From assembly GCF_000341395.1 (NCBI RefSeq), contig NC_020304.1, forward strand, positions 3,810,001 through 3,842,000: a DNA stretch of 32,000 nucleotides, written 5' to 3'. The translations under genes and the position numbers were made by a program. A model generated the notes under the pieces. The model made no database searches. It saw only the letters and a program-made list of their open reading frames with translations, and had not been told where the DNA came from. Position 1 is the first letter of the stretch. Every line of letters begins with the position of its first letter. Shown in pieces: positions 1 through 9,628 of this stretch. This stretch comes from Desulfocapsa sulfexigens DSM 10523. Its GTDB lineage: Bacteria > Desulfobacterota > Desulfobulbia > Desulfobulbales > Desulfocapsaceae.

Positions 1-717
1 TTTGCCAATCTAACTGAGCTCGAGAAAATGCAGCGCATGGCCGCCTGGCGTGAAGTAGCACGTCGCATTGCTCACGAAATCAAAAATCCTCTCACCCCCA
101 TTCAGCTCTCAGCCCAGCGATTACGCAGACGCTACCCTGAAATTCTCATGGAAGATAATTCTATTTTCGACCAGTGCACAAATACCATTATCAAACAGGT
201 CGACGAAATCAAACTCCTGGTCAGTGAGTTCTCACAATTTGCCAGAATGCCTAAAATCAATCGTGCTCCTGCTGATATCACCACAATGATTAATGAGACC
301 CTTTTTCTCTACAAACAGGCCCATGGGGATATCACCTTTACTGTCACATGCAAAGATACCATACCAATATTCAGTTTTGATACCGAACAGTTGAAACGCT
401 GCTTTATCAACCTCTTTGACAATGCTGTTGCAGTTTTGCCAGAGGGCGGTATAGTCGATACTGTTCTGTCTCTCGGCAACGATGGAGAATCTGTGTTCAT
501 TCAGGTCTGTGACTCAGGCCCAGGTATCGACGAACATGAAAAACTTAAACTTTTTGAACCCTATTTCTCCACAAAAAAAACGGGTACAGGACTGGGACTT
601 GCTATTGTTTCCACTATAATATCAGACCATAGTGGCTATATAAGGGTGCAGAACAACAGTCCCCATGGCACCATATTCACTATTGAGTTACCCCTGGGAA
701 TTAAAAGACAGGTATAG
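1..717 (+). CDS. Sensor histidine kinase, C-terminal part (5' end lies outside the window)
   Basis: Frame 1 is open from base 1. H-box AHEIKNPLTPI, N-box FDNAV, G1 DSGPGI, G2 GTGLGLAIV. The partner response regulator starts 50 nt downstream. Confidence 0.85.
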   Translation, partial: FANLTELEKMQRMAAWREVARRIAHEIKNPLTPIQLSAQRLRRRYPEILMEDNSIFDQCTNTIIKQVDEIKLLVSEFSQFARMPKINRAPADITTMINETLFLYKQAHGDITFTVTCKDTIPIFSFDTEQLKRCFINLFDNAVAVLPEGGIVDTVLSLGNDGESVFIQVCDSGPGIDEHEKLKLFEPYFSTKKTGTGLGLAIVSTIISDHSGYIRVQNNSPHGTIFTIELPLGIKRQV

Positions 718-766
718 AGCCTGAGGACTGAAGGGCTAAAGCCGATATACAGGTACTCTTTTTTTT

Positions 767-2140
767 ATGGCTAAACGAATTCTTATCATTGATGATGAAG
801 CCTCCATTCGGGAAACCCTCTCGGATATTCTTGAAGATGAGGGCTTCACGCCCATCTGTGCCGCATCTGCTGAAGAAGGTATCGCTATTCTTGAGGAAGA
901 AAACATTGACCTCATTCTTCTCGATATCTGGCTTGGTGATAACATGGATGGCCTTACCGCCCTTGAAAACATAAAGGCTAGTCATTCGCTGCCTGTGATA
1001 ATGATATCCGGTCACGGTACCATTGAAACAGCTGTCCAGGCCACCCGTAAAGGTGCTTTTGATTTTGTCGAAAAGCCACTTTCCTATGACAAAATCATCC
1101 TTGCCATTTCCAATGGATTACGCTTTTCCCAGCTGGAAAAAGATAACCAGATCCTCCGCGATAAGACTAGCAGGGTAGTCAAACTCACAGGACACTCCAG
1201 CCTTATCAACGCCCTGCGTCTCCAGATTGAGCGAGTAGCCCCAACGGATGCCTGGGTTCTTATTCGGGGAGATCATGGCACCGGCAAGGAATTGGTGGCT
1301 CAGGCAATCCATCGTCACTCCAGGATGGCTGATCATCCCATGATTGAGGTGAACTGCGCTGCTATCCCCGAGGAACTCATAGAATCCGAGCTTTTTGGAC
1401 ACGAAAAAGGATCCTTTACCGGTGCCCACATTTCAAAACGAGGTAAGTTTGACCAGGCAGACGGAGGAATTTTATTTCTTGATGAAATTGGTGACATGAG
1501 CCTCAAGACACAGGCTAAAATCCTGCGAATTCTCCAGGAACAAAAATTCGAACGTGTTGGTGGTCATAAAACCATCTCTGTCAACGTCCGCGTCCTTGCT
1601 GCTACAAACAAAAACCTCGAAGAAGAAATCGAACGGGGAAATTTCCGGGCAGATCTTTTCTGGAGACTCAACGTTGTGCCAATCACCGTACCTGCACTTC
1701 GTAACCGTCTGGCAGATATCCCCTTCCTCGTTGAAGATCTGATGAAAGGGTTAGTGAACCGTGGCCTCGGCCATAAGAAGTTCTCCGATGATGCCATCAA
1801 GGTCATGATGCAGCACTCCTGGCCTGGAAACGTCCGGGAACTTCGCAATTTTGTGGAACGCATGGCTATCATGTGCCCTGCCGACACTATCGGTGCCGAC
1901 GACATAGCCCTCTTTCTCAACCCAACCATGACCGCCCCTGCCACATCATCTGACAACACCGAAGCCATGGTCCCCTATGGTATCACGAACTTTAAGGAAG
2001 CCAAAAGGTACTTCGAAAAAGAATACTTACAGCAGAAGTTAAATCAAAACGATGGCAACATTTCACAGACAGCCGAACAGGTTGGCATGGAACGGAGCCA
2101 TCTTCACAAAAAACTAAAATCACTTCAAATTTCAAGTTAG
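767..2140 (+). CDS. Sigma-54-dependent response regulator (NtrC/AtoC family enhancer-binding protein)
   Basis: N-terminal receiver (IIDDE ... LLDIWL). AAA+ core with Walker [24 protein letters not shown] (GAFTGA-type loop) and Walker [10 protein letters not shown]-terminal Fis-type [24 protein letters not shown]. Confidence 0.9.
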   Translation: MAKRILIIDDEASIRETLSDILEDEGFTPICAASAEEGIAILEEENIDLILLDIWLGDNMDGLTALENIKASHSLPVIMISGHGTIETAVQATRKGAFDFVEKPLSYDKIILAISNGLRFSQLEKDNQILRDKTSRVVKLTGHSSLINALRLQIERVAPTDAWVLIRGDHGTGKELVAQAIHRHSRMADHPMIEVNCAAIPEELIESELFGHEKGSFTGAHISKRGKFDQADGGILFLDEIGDMSLKTQAKILRILQEQKFERVGGHKTISVNVRVLAATNKNLEEEIERGNFRADLFWRLNVVPITVPALRNRLADIPFLVEDLMKGLVNRGLGHKKFSDDAIKVMMQHSWPGNVRELRNFVERMAIMCPADTIGADDIALFLNPTMTAPATSSDNTEAMVPYGITNFKEAKRYFEKEYLQQKLNQNDGNISQTAEQVGMERSHLHKKLKSLQISS

Positions 2141-2150
2141 GAGTAACAGA

Positions 2151-3125
2151 ATGGTCTTTCCTGAATACCGTCCCCGTCGTCTTCGCAAAAACGAATCCCT
2201 ACGTTCCCTGATTCGTGAAACGCACCTCTCTCCTGCCCAGTTCGTCTATCCTGTCTTTATTGCACCCGGAAAAAACAAAAGGGAAGAAATTCCATCCATG
2301 CCTGGTGTCTTTCGCCTGAGCGTCGATCAGCTCCAAAAAGAAGCCCGGGAATGTATGGATCTTGGAGTCAACTCCATGATTCTCTTCGGACTCCCGGAAA
2401 AGAAAGATGCCATGGGAAGCGGTGCCCATGCAAAAGACGGTATCATTCAGCGCGGGATCAAAGAATTGAAAAACAAGGCTCCTGAGCTCACTGTTATTAC
2501 CGATGTCTGTCTCTGTGAATACACGGACCACGGTCATTGCGGATGCCTGATCGGCGATACAGTTGACAACGATGCCACTCTTGAGATTCTGGCAAAAACA
2601 GCACTCTCACACGCACAGGCAGGTGCAGACATGGTTGCGCCTTCTGATATGATGGACGGTCGCGTTGCAGAAATACGGGCTGCCCTTGACGAACATAACT
2701 ATGAGATGATTCCGATCATGTCATATGCCGTCAAATATGCTTCATCGTTCTACGGACCGTTTCGCGATGCCGCCGACTGCGCGCCTCAGTTCGGAGACCG
2801 CAGGAGCTACCAGATGGATCCGGCAAATGTCAGGGAAGCTCTGCGTGAAGCCACCCTGGATGTGGACGAAGGTGCTGATATTCTAATGGTAAAACCAGCA
2901 GTTGCCTATCTTGACATTATCAGTCGCTTAAAGGATGAGTTTGACCTCCCCATCGCTGCCTATCACGTGAGTGGCGAATACGCCATGATCAAAGCTGCCG
3001 CCGAAAGAGGATGGATCGATGGTGATAAAGTGATGGCTGAGACACTCCTCTCTATTAAACGGGCCGGAGCTGATATCATTTTGACTTACTTTGCCAAGGA
3101 TATGGCCAGATTATTACAGGGATAA
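2151..3125 (+). CDS. hemB: Porphobilinogen synthase (delta-aminolevulinate dehydratase), Zn-type
   Basis: N-terminal RPRRLR motif, Cys-rich metal site [14 protein letters not shown], Schiff-base lysine context [14 protein letters not shown]. The 324 aa length is typical. Confidence 0.92.
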   Translation: MVFPEYRPRRLRKNESLRSLIRETHLSPAQFVYPVFIAPGKNKREEIPSMPGVFRLSVDQLQKEARECMDLGVNSMILFGLPEKKDAMGSGAHAKDGIIQRGIKELKNKAPELTVITDVCLCEYTDHGHCGCLIGDTVDNDATLEILAKTALSHAQAGADMVAPSDMMDGRVAEIRAALDEHNYEMIPIMSYAVKYASSFYGPFRDAADCAPQFGDRRSYQMDPANVREALREATLDVDEGADILMVKPAVAYLDIISRLKDEFDLPIAAYHVSGEYAMIKAAAERGWIDGDKVMAETLLSIKRAGADIILTYFAKDMARLLQG

Positions 3126-3132
3126 AAAAAAT

Positions 3133-3561
3133 ATGAATATTCAGGAATTACGAAAAACGATGATGCTGGCCAAGAAAAACGACCCTGAGAAGTCCACTGT
3201 TCTTGGCATGCTCCTCGATGCCGCTCAAAAACTGGCCAAAGCCGATGGAAACAGGCAAGCCGAGGAGAAGGATATCCTTGCGGCAGCAAAAAGAGAACTC
3301 AAAATGGCTCATCAGTCCATTGATGCCGGTATCGATGTCGGTAACACCGTCGCTATCCTCGAAGTTTTTATCCCCAGGACCAAGGGCGTTGAAGAGACTC
3401 AATCCATCGTCGATGCACTCATTGCAAAGCTGCCGGAGAAAAATCCGAAACTCATGGGGCAGGTGATGGGAAAGCTGAAAAAAGAATATGGTGATGAACT
3501 CGATATGGGAATAACATCCCAAATGGTAAAAAATGGTCTTATGGGGACTGAAAACGGCTGA
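3133..3561 (+). CDS. GatB/YqeY domain protein
   Basis: MNIQELRKTMMLAKKND ... LMGQVMGKLKKEYGDELD follows the YqeY pattern. I chose the internal ATG at 3133 rather than the ORF-track start at 3091, which would overlap hemB by 35 nt. Confidence 0.65.
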   Translation: MNIQELRKTMMLAKKNDPEKSTVLGMLLDAAQKLAKADGNRQAEEKDILAAAKRELKMAHQSIDAGIDVGNTVAILEVFIPRTKGVEETQSIVDALIAKLPEKNPKLMGQVMGKLKKEYGDELDMGITSQMVKNGLMGTENG

Positions 3562-3955
3562 GCAAGCCATTTTGAAAGGAAAGTATTTTTTGCTGCAACG
3601 CTGGATTTACTAGCCAGACCAGGCTCGAACACAAAGCACCTGCTGTGTCTGCAAGCAGATCGTAGATACTCACGTCTCGAAAAGCAATAAACGATTGATG
3701 GAATTCATCACTGATTCCATAGAAGAGACAAAAGAGAACGGCGACCAATGCATTCCGGACGGGATTTTTCAGTCCTTTGTCTCCATAGAACCACAAGACT
3801 GTAAGGGCCAGCACTCCATATGCTGTCATATGAGCCAACTTATCAGCTCCTGGAAAGGTTGGCAGCTGGAGCGTATCACCACTCTGATGAGAGAGAAAAA
3901 AAATAGTCCCCATGATTATGACCATGGGGACTGTTCGTACTGCGAATTTCAACAA
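3539..3955 (-). CDS. VanZ-like family membrane protein
   Basis: Four hydrophobic segments. VanZ signatures GADKLAHMTAYGVLAL and ISDEFHQSF..RDVSIYDLLADTAGAL. The 3' end overlaps the convergent yqeY-like gene by 23 nt. Confidence 0.7.
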   Translation of the reverse strand: MLKFAVRTVPMVIIMGTIFFLSHQSGDTLQLPTFPGADKLAHMTAYGVLALTVLWFYGDKGLKNPVRNALVAVLFCLFYGISDEFHQSFIAFRDVSIYDLLADTAGALCSSLVWLVNPALQQKILSFQNGLLSRFQSP

Positions 3956-3958
3956 GAT

Positions 3959-4486
3959 CTATCGGGTGGAAGGGACATGGTCTTCCGGGTTGACATGAAC
4001 CTGCTCAAGCACTTCACTTGGAAATCTTTTTTTAATGCGCTTGATGGAGGCCCGGATCTCTTTCACAGGGTAACCAGCCATCACACTCTTTGTTCTGTCA
4101 CGGTAGGCAGTGAGTTCAAATTCCTTGTTACTAAGGTCAAAGGTGTGGCTCCAGTTGATCTCAATGGTATCCGAGTTTTCATCAATTGGAATTTCAAGTG
4201 GTTCACCAGCCCTTGCAAGCTGTACTGCGTCGGAGTCGGTTATTTCGAGTAACCAGGCATCTCCCTCAACGGTTGCTAAAAGAATAAAAACACCAAGTTC
4301 CTTAATCTTCTGTCTCTTTTCCGCCGCCACCTGGACAATTCCATCAATCTCATTCAGCAGTGAGATCTTAAACGCTGCTTCCGGATTTTTCTGAACCATT
4401 CCAGCCTGCTTCTTTGGTAAGCAGCAGTGCTTAAATTTCTTTCCACTGCCACAGGGACACTGTTCATTTCTACCTATCTTTCCCAT
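3959..4486 (-). CDS. SEC-C metal-binding motif protein (function unknown)
   Basis: N-terminal RNEQCPCGSGKKFKHCC is the SEC-C Zn-binding motif. I do not recognise the rest. It sits between nrdJ and the VanZ gene on the same strand. Confidence 0.65.
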   Translation of the reverse strand: MGKIGRNEQCPCGSGKKFKHCCLPKKQAGMVQKNPEAAFKISLLNEIDGIVQVAAEKRQKIKELGVFILLATVEGDAWLLEITDSDAVQLARAGEPLEIPIDENSDTIEINWSHTFDLSNKEFELTAYRDRTKSVMAGYPVKEIRASIKRIKKRFPSEVLEQVHVNPEDHVPSTR

Positions 4487-4574
4487 TACATATCAACCTA
4501 TCGATGGCATCGTTAAAAGTTTTCAACTAAGCAATCTGCATTTTTGTCTGTTTCAAAGCAATCCTTAAAAAGGA

Positions 4575-6743
4575 TTAGCTGCACTTACTATACCCACAAT
4601 CATGACACGTCTCACAACCTTCTTCAAAAATCAACTGCCCTGAACATTCGGGGCAGGTGGAAGCAAATCCATGCTGAGTCCCTGCCATAAATGATTTGAA
4701 CAACTTACTCAACTGAGCAGGAAGGTCAAGCATATGTCCACTTGAACGATCCAATTGCTTAATAATTTCAGAGGCCGGAATATTGAAACGAAGTGCCAGG
4801 GAAACCAGACGGCAGGTGGTTGTCCACATGGTCGACTTGTCTTTCAGATCCACGCGGTTATCGAAAGGAAATTTGGCAAAAACTTCCATGGGCTGTTCAT
4901 TTTCATCGAAGCAGACAATGATATACACGGACTTCTGATCCTGATCCTTCACCCGATAACGCTTGGCACTTAACGTATCCGGAAGTATCTTCTTCGCCCC
5001 GGTTGTTGACACCAGAGCCGTCTTCTCTGCCGGCGCACTTTCCTTGGTGTTCAAGACCTGTTGATCCCTTGATCCGTCACGATATACGGTAAGCCCCTTA
5101 CAACCGAGCTTATACCCCATGATATAGGAAAGTTCCACCTCTTCACGGGTCGCACTATTGGGTAGATTAATAGTCTTGGAAATTGAAGAATCCACACCAT
5201 TTTTCTGAAGAATTCCCTGCATCTGAATATGATCTTCAGGTGAGACATCCTGAGCGGTACGAAACACTTCCTGCCAATGCACAGGAATTTCATCATGGCC
5301 GATAACTGTCCCGGAGTCGGCAACCTTTGCCATCAGTTTTTCAGAATAGAAGCCTTCTCTTCTCGCGACCTGTTCAAAGTGCTTGTTAACAAGGATCAAC
5401 CTGTCTCCATCCATCACATTTTTTATCATGACGATGGAGAAATAGGGCTCACAGCCGGATGCACAATCTGCAATCATGGAGACAGTGCCGGTTGGCTGAA
5501 TTGAAGTAAGTGCAGCATTCCTTCTGGCAGGATATTTATTCAGTTTTGCATCATAGGCAGGAAATGCTCCCTTCTCAACAGCCAGTTCCACGGAACGTTC
5601 TTCTGCCTTTTCACGCACATAGCTCATTATTTCTGCAGCCTGAGCTCTCCCCTCTTCGCTTCCATAGGGCAGTCCAAGCTGAATCAGGAGATCGTGCAGT
5701 CCCATAATCCCCATACCAATCTTCCGGGTCTTGAGTGTCATTTCCTCAATTTCAGGAATAGGAAATCGATTACAGTCAATCACATTATCAAGAAAAGAGG
5801 TGGCAACCCGAACAACCTGCCCCATTCGTTTATAATCAACCTTGCCATTCTTAACGAAATTACTGAGATTCAGGGATCCTAAATTACAGGATTCATAGGG
5901 AAGTAACCACTGCTCGCCACAGGGGTTGGTTGCTTCAAAATCCCCAAGCTGCGGTGTCATGTTATCTCTATTAGCAGCATCGATAAAGAGGACACCCGGC
6001 TCACCGTTATGCCATGCAAGATCGATGATTTTCTCAAAAACTGCCTTTGCATCGAGGGTTTCGCTAACCTCTCCCGTGGAAGGTTCAATCAGGGCATATT
6101 CCGTCCCCTCTTCCACTGCTTTCATAAAGTCATCGGTAATGGCCACACTGAAATTAAAGTTATTAAACTTATCCTGATTTTCCTTGGCACTGATAAAATC
6201 CATAATATCAGGGTGATCAATACGAAGAACGCCCATATTCGCACCGCGGCGTTTACCGCCCTGCTTGATGGTTTCGGTTGCTGCGTCAAAAACAGCAGCA
6301 AAAGAGAGGGGGCCTGAAGCCACTCCCTGGGTTGAGCGAACAGAGGCATTTCTTGAACGAAGCCTGGAGAAGGAATACCCGGTTCCGCCACCTGTCTTAT
6401 GCACAAGTGCCCCATTGCGAATGGCCGTAAATATTCCATCCATGGAGTCTTCTATCGGCAGAACAAAACAGGCAGAGAGCTGACCTATATCGGTTCCAGC
6501 ATTCATGAGACATGGAGAGTTAGGGAGAAAATCAAGATGATACATCATTCGAAAATAGGATTCGCGCAAGGCCTCAAACTGTTTACTCTCCTTATCCACC
6601 TCAGCTACCGCATTGCTCACCCTCTTACATAGTGTCTCCCAGGTTTCAACGACCTCTCCGGTTCTGTCTTTCAAATAGTAACGTCTTGCAAGGACGGTTT
6701 CTGCGGTCTTGGTCAATACCTGTTTCGTGAGATCAGGGGTCAT
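4575..6743 (-). CDS. nrdJ: Adenosylcobalamin-dependent (class II) ribonucleotide reductase
   Basis: 722 aa. RNR active-site block NPCGEQWLLPYESCNLGSLNL, SISKTINLP. There is no ATP-cone or class I R2 partner. C-terminal Cys-rich tail CPECSGQLIFEEGCETCHDCGYSKCS, as in many class II enzymes. SD GAGGAAAAT precedes the ATG. Confidence 0.9.
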   Translation of the reverse strand: MTPDLTKQVLTKTAETVLARRYYLKDRTGEVVETWETLCKRVSNAVAEVDKESKQFEALRESYFRMMYHLDFLPNSPCLMNAGTDIGQLSACFVLPIEDSMDGIFTAIRNGALVHKTGGGTGYSFSRLRSRNASVRSTQGVASGPLSFAAVFDAATETIKQGGKRRGANMGVLRIDHPDIMDFISAKENQDKFNNFNFSVAITDDFMKAVEEGTEYALIEPSTGEVSETLDAKAVFEKIIDLAWHNGEPGVLFIDAANRDNMTPQLGDFEATNPCGEQWLLPYESCNLGSLNLSNFVKNGKVDYKRMGQVVRVATSFLDNVIDCNRFPIPEIEEMTLKTRKIGMGIMGLHDLLIQLGLPYGSEEGRAQAAEIMSYVREKAEERSVELAVEKGAFPAYDAKLNKYPARRNAALTSIQPTGTVSMIADCASGCEPYFSIVMIKNVMDGDRLILVNKHFEQVARREGFYSEKLMAKVADSGTVIGHDEIPVHWQEVFRTAQDVSPEDHIQMQGILQKNGVDSSISKTINLPNSATREEVELSYIMGYKLGCKGLTVYRDGSRDQQVLNTKESAPAEKTALVSTTGAKKILPDTLSAKRYRVKDQDQKSVYIIVCFDENEQPMEVFAKFPFDNRVDLKDKSTMWTTTCRLVSLALRFNIPASEIIKQLDRSSGHMLDLPAQLSKLFKSFMAGTQHGFASTCPECSGQLIFEEGCETCHDCGYSKCS

Positions 6744-6880
6744 ATTTTCCTCATTTGAATAAAAAATAGGGTATCAATGGCTGAAAAGGCTGCTAATAAC
6801 TAACAGAAATAAGGGCTGTTTTCTCCCATCATTATTTGAACGGGTTATATACCATACTTGTGGTGCCATGCAAGAACAAT

Positions 6881-6916
6881 CTACAACATGTAGTGGAAAA
6901 CACCACTATGATAGTT
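6881..6916 (-). promoter_or_regulatory. Candidate NrdR boxes upstream of nrdJ (a third weaker palindrome lies at 6851-6865)
   Basis: Minus strand reads AACTATCATAGTGGTG ttt CCACTACATGTTGTAG. The second matches 11/16 positions of the NrdR consensus acaCwAtATaTwGtgt. Spacing between centres is about 20 and 30 bp. Confidence 0.3.
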
Positions 6917-7106
6917 TAGGGAATTCTTTAACTTAAAGAAAAATCGAACTATTCGGAACCCCCCTCCATTTTAATTTTTTTCTGCCAATAAATCTTCTGG
7001 CCTCAAGCAACCACAACGTGGTACCATGCCCGTGTTCTGTTGAAGATCGACACAATTCATGTGCAGTTTTCCAGATACATGATACTCTTCTCATAAAGTT
7101 TGCTGC

Positions 7107-7195
7107 TTGCCACTAATCCTCAGCCTACCCGCCTGAGAAGGAGTTGTTTCGTGTTGATTATATGGGCATCTGCAGCCTGGACGGCCGCAGCAGAG
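7107..7195 (+). repeat. Half copy (89 nt) of a structured intergenic repeat, in the metY leader
   Basis: About 81/89 identical, ungapped, to the reverse complement of 10299-10387 by hand alignment. Contains hairpins TCCTCAG-N9-CTGAGA and CTGCAGCC-tggac-GGCCGCAG. Confidence 0.85.
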
Positions 7196-7229
7196 ATCAG
7201 GTAAAGTTTACCCACACCGGAGGAAATAT

Positions 7230-8504
7230 ATGAAATTTGAAACGGCAGCACTGCATAGTGGACGCAAGGTTGATACTGACACCCTTTCCTGCGGAACCCC
7301 GATTTATCGTACCGCTTCCTATCTCTTCAAAGATACCGAGCATGCCGCAAACCTTTTTGCCCTTAAAGAACCTGGCAACATTTACACCAGAATCGGCAAT
7401 CCCACCCAGGCCGTTCTTGAGGAGCGGATGGCCGCCCTCGAAGGAGGGGCTGCCTCTCTTGCCCTGGCCTCAGGGACTTCCGCAATTTTTTACTCTATTA
7501 TCAACATCTGTCAGTCCGGTGATGAAGTTGTAGCAGCCAACAATCTCTATGGCGGCACCTATTCCCAGTTTGATTCCATCCTTCCACAGCTTGGAATCAA
7601 GGTAACACTTATTGACCCAAAGGATCCCGAAAACTTTAGAAGAGCAATTAACGAAAAAACCAGAGTCCTCTACTGTGAGACCATTGGCAACCCCGGACTC
7701 ACCATGACTGATATTGAAGCAGTTGCAAAGATTGGCCAGGAGTACAATCTGCCCCTTATCGTCGATGCAACCTTTACTCCACCCTGCCTCCTGCGTCCCA
7801 TCGATTATGGTGCCGATATTGTCATCCATTCCCTCACCAAATGGATCGGGGGCCATGGCACTGTAATAGGCGGTATTGTCACAGATGCCGGGAAATTCGA
7901 CTGGACGGATCCCAAATTCACCCTCTTTAACGAACCCGATGCATCCTATCACGGACTTCGTTATGGTCACGATCTTGGAGAAATGAATCCCGTTGCCTTT
8001 GCCCTGCGCATGCGTCTGGTTCCTCTGCGCAATCTGGGAGCGTGTATTTCCCCTGACAACTGCTGGTCTGTGCTGCAGGGAATCGAGACCTTGAGTCTTC
8101 GTATGGAACGCCATTCTGAAAATGGAATAGCCGTTGCCGAATTTTTGAAAAATCATGACAAGGTGGACTGGGTCAATTATCCGGGACTTACCGATAGTGA
8201 AAATTATACCACGGCCAGTCATTACCTTAAAAATGGCTTTGGCGGCATGGTCACCTTTGGCATCAAAGGAGAAGTTGGCGCAGGAAAGCAGTTTATCGAA
8301 TCCCTGAAACTGTTCTCCCATCTGGCAAATGTCGGTGATGCAAAATCCCTTGCCATCCATCCCGCCTCCACCACCCACTCCCAACTCTCCAAAGAACAGC
8401 TTGAGGCATCGGGAATTTCATCCGCCATGATCCGCTTGTCCATCGGCATTGAACATATCGATGATATTATCGCCGATCTTAACCAGGCCCTGGAGAAGAG
8501 TTGA
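7230..8504 (+). CDS. metY: O-acetylhomoserine sulfhydrylase (PLP-dependent, Cys/Met metabolism family)
   Basis: 424 aa. PLP-lysine block HSLTKWIGGHGT. N-terminal FETAALHSG ... GNIYTRIGNPT is typical of OAH sulfhydrylases. SD GGAGGAAATAT precedes the ATG. Confidence 0.9.
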   Translation: MKFETAALHSGRKVDTDTLSCGTPIYRTASYLFKDTEHAANLFALKEPGNIYTRIGNPTQAVLEERMAALEGGAASLALASGTSAIFYSIINICQSGDEVVAANNLYGGTYSQFDSILPQLGIKVTLIDPKDPENFRRAINEKTRVLYCETIGNPGLTMTDIEAVAKIGQEYNLPLIVDATFTPPCLLRPIDYGADIVIHSLTKWIGGHGTVIGGIVTDAGKFDWTDPKFTLFNEPDASYHGLRYGHDLGEMNPVAFALRMRLVPLRNLGACISPDNCWSVLQGIETLSLRMERHSENGIAVAEFLKNHDKVDWVNYPGLTDSENYTTASHYLKNGFGGMVTFGIKGEVGAGKQFIESLKLFSHLANVGDAKSLAIHPASTTHSQLSKEQLEASGISSAMIRLSIGIEHIDDIIADLNQALEKS

Positions 8505-9628
8505 AGGTAAGCAAAGAAACATTCAGTTATGAGGTGACGGAAGATTCCCAGCTCTTAGACAGTGGGATACGTTTAAGCCCCATCACCATTGCCTATGAAA
8601 CCCTGGGTGAACTCAACGAGGCCAGAGACAACGCAATTCTTATCTGTCATGCCTTTTCAGGAGATTCTCATGTGGCAGGCTTTTATGAGGATGATCCACA
8701 GGAAAGTAATCCAGGCTGGTGGAACTTCATGGTTGGACCAGGCAAAGGAATCAATACGGACAAATACTTTATTGTCTGCTGCAATATCCTGGGCAGTTGT
8801 ATGGGGTCCACAGGCCCCTCATCCATAAATCCGAAAACCGGAAAGCCCTATGGGCTCGATTTTCCGATGGTCACCATAGGGGATATGGTAGTCTCTCAAA
8901 AACAGGTTCTTGATCACCTTGGAATAACGCGTCTTCATTCCGTTATCGGGGGATCGGTCGGTGGAATGCAGGTTCTTGAGTGGTGTGTACGTTACCCGGA
9001 GATGGTCAAATCAGCCATCCCTATTGCGACCACCATGCGTCACTCCGCGCTGGCAATTGCCTTCAATGAAGTGGCACGGCAGGCCATCATGGTCGATCCC
9101 AACTGGAATAAAGGAGATTATTACCAGAATCCGGGACCTGACCTGGGACTTGCCGTGGCCCGTATGATTGGACACGTAACCTACCTGTCTGATGAGGCCA
9201 TGCGGAGAAAGTTTGGACGAAAGCGTCAGGATAACAAAGACTTTTCCTTTAATTTTGAAGCAAATTTCCAGGTGGAGAGCTATCTCCGCTACCAGGGCTC
9301 AAAATTTGCTGCCCGCTTTGACGCAAATTCCGTCCTCTATATCAGTAAAGCCGCTGACTATTTTGATCTTGCAGACAAGATCAACACCAGGGAAAGTCTT
9401 CAGGATCTACAGGGCAGTCATTCGAAATTTCTGGTCATTTCCTACACCTCCGACTGGCTCTACCCCACCTATCAGGCCAAGGAGCTGGTTCAGGCACTGA
9501 AACGCACCGGCCAGGATGTCAGTTTCTGTGAAATTGAAGCCGATTGCGGCCACGATGCCTTTCTTATCAAGGACAGCAGACTCACCAATCTTTTAGAAGG
9601 ATTTCTCGATGGCATTGAACCCTCCTGA
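8501..9628 (+). CDS. metX: Homoserine O-acetyltransferase
   Basis: Alpha/beta hydrolase with nucleophile elbow GGSVGGMQVLEW and a C-terminal GHDAFL catalytic His region. The TTG start overlaps the metY TGA (TTGA, 4-nt overlap). Confidence 0.9.
   Translation: MKVSKETFSYEVTEDSQLLDSGIRLSPITIAYETLGELNEARDNAILICHAFSGDSHVAGFYEDDPQESNPGWWNFMVGPGKGINTDKYFIVCCNILGSCMGSTGPSSINPKTGKPYGLDFPMVTIGDMVVSQKQVLDHLGITRLHSVIGGSVGGMQVLEWCVRYPEMVKSAIPIATTMRHSALAIAFNEVARQAIMVDPNWNKGDYYQNPGPDLGLAVARMIGHVTYLSDEAMRRKFGRKRQDNKDFSFNFEANFQVESYLRYQGSKFAARFDANSVLYISKAADYFDLADKINTRESLQDLQGSHSKFLVISYTSDWLYPTYQAKELVQALKRTGQDVSFCEIEADCGHDAFLIKDSRLTNLLEGFLDGIEPS

Noticed and set aside
3091-3132. Upstream start for the yqeY-like gene as given by the ORF track
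   Set aside because: It would overlap hemB by 35 nt and add 14 residues absent from YqeY-family N-termini. The ATG at 3133 gives the canonical start.
4559-4579. Small hairpin AATCCT-taaaa-AGGATT overlapping the nrdJ stop codon, as a possible terminator
   Set aside because: The stem is 6-7 bp and AT-rich with no proper U-tract, so it is too weak to call. It is compatible with read-through into the SEC-C gene.
6590-6598. DnaA-box-like TTATCCACC, with a second copy on the minus strand at 28927-28935
   Set aside because: These are isolated single 8/9 matches, one of them inside nrdJ. There is no cluster and no AT-rich unwinding element, so they do not indicate an origin.
6744-6850. Cobalamin riboswitch in the nrdJ leader
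   Set aside because: No B12-box-like sequence was seen. B12 riboswitches normally control B12-independent isozymes rather than nrdJ itself.
6917-7229. Possible SAM riboswitch or other methionine-sensing leader upstream of metY
   Set aside because: I could not find the conserved S-box (SAM-I) core or any other SAM/SAH riboswitch signature I know. The only strong structure is the repeat that recurs after metW. A covariance-model scan would be needed to be sure.
7470-8384. A 304-aa ORF antisense to metY. Similar long antisense ORFs occur at 1564-1968, 3695-4252, 11310-11978 and 26720-26965.
   Set aside because: Each lies fully inside a gene with clear family motifs on the other strand. Their translations are low-complexity or Gly/Ser/Arg-rich with no recognisable motif. 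They are typical shadow ORFs.
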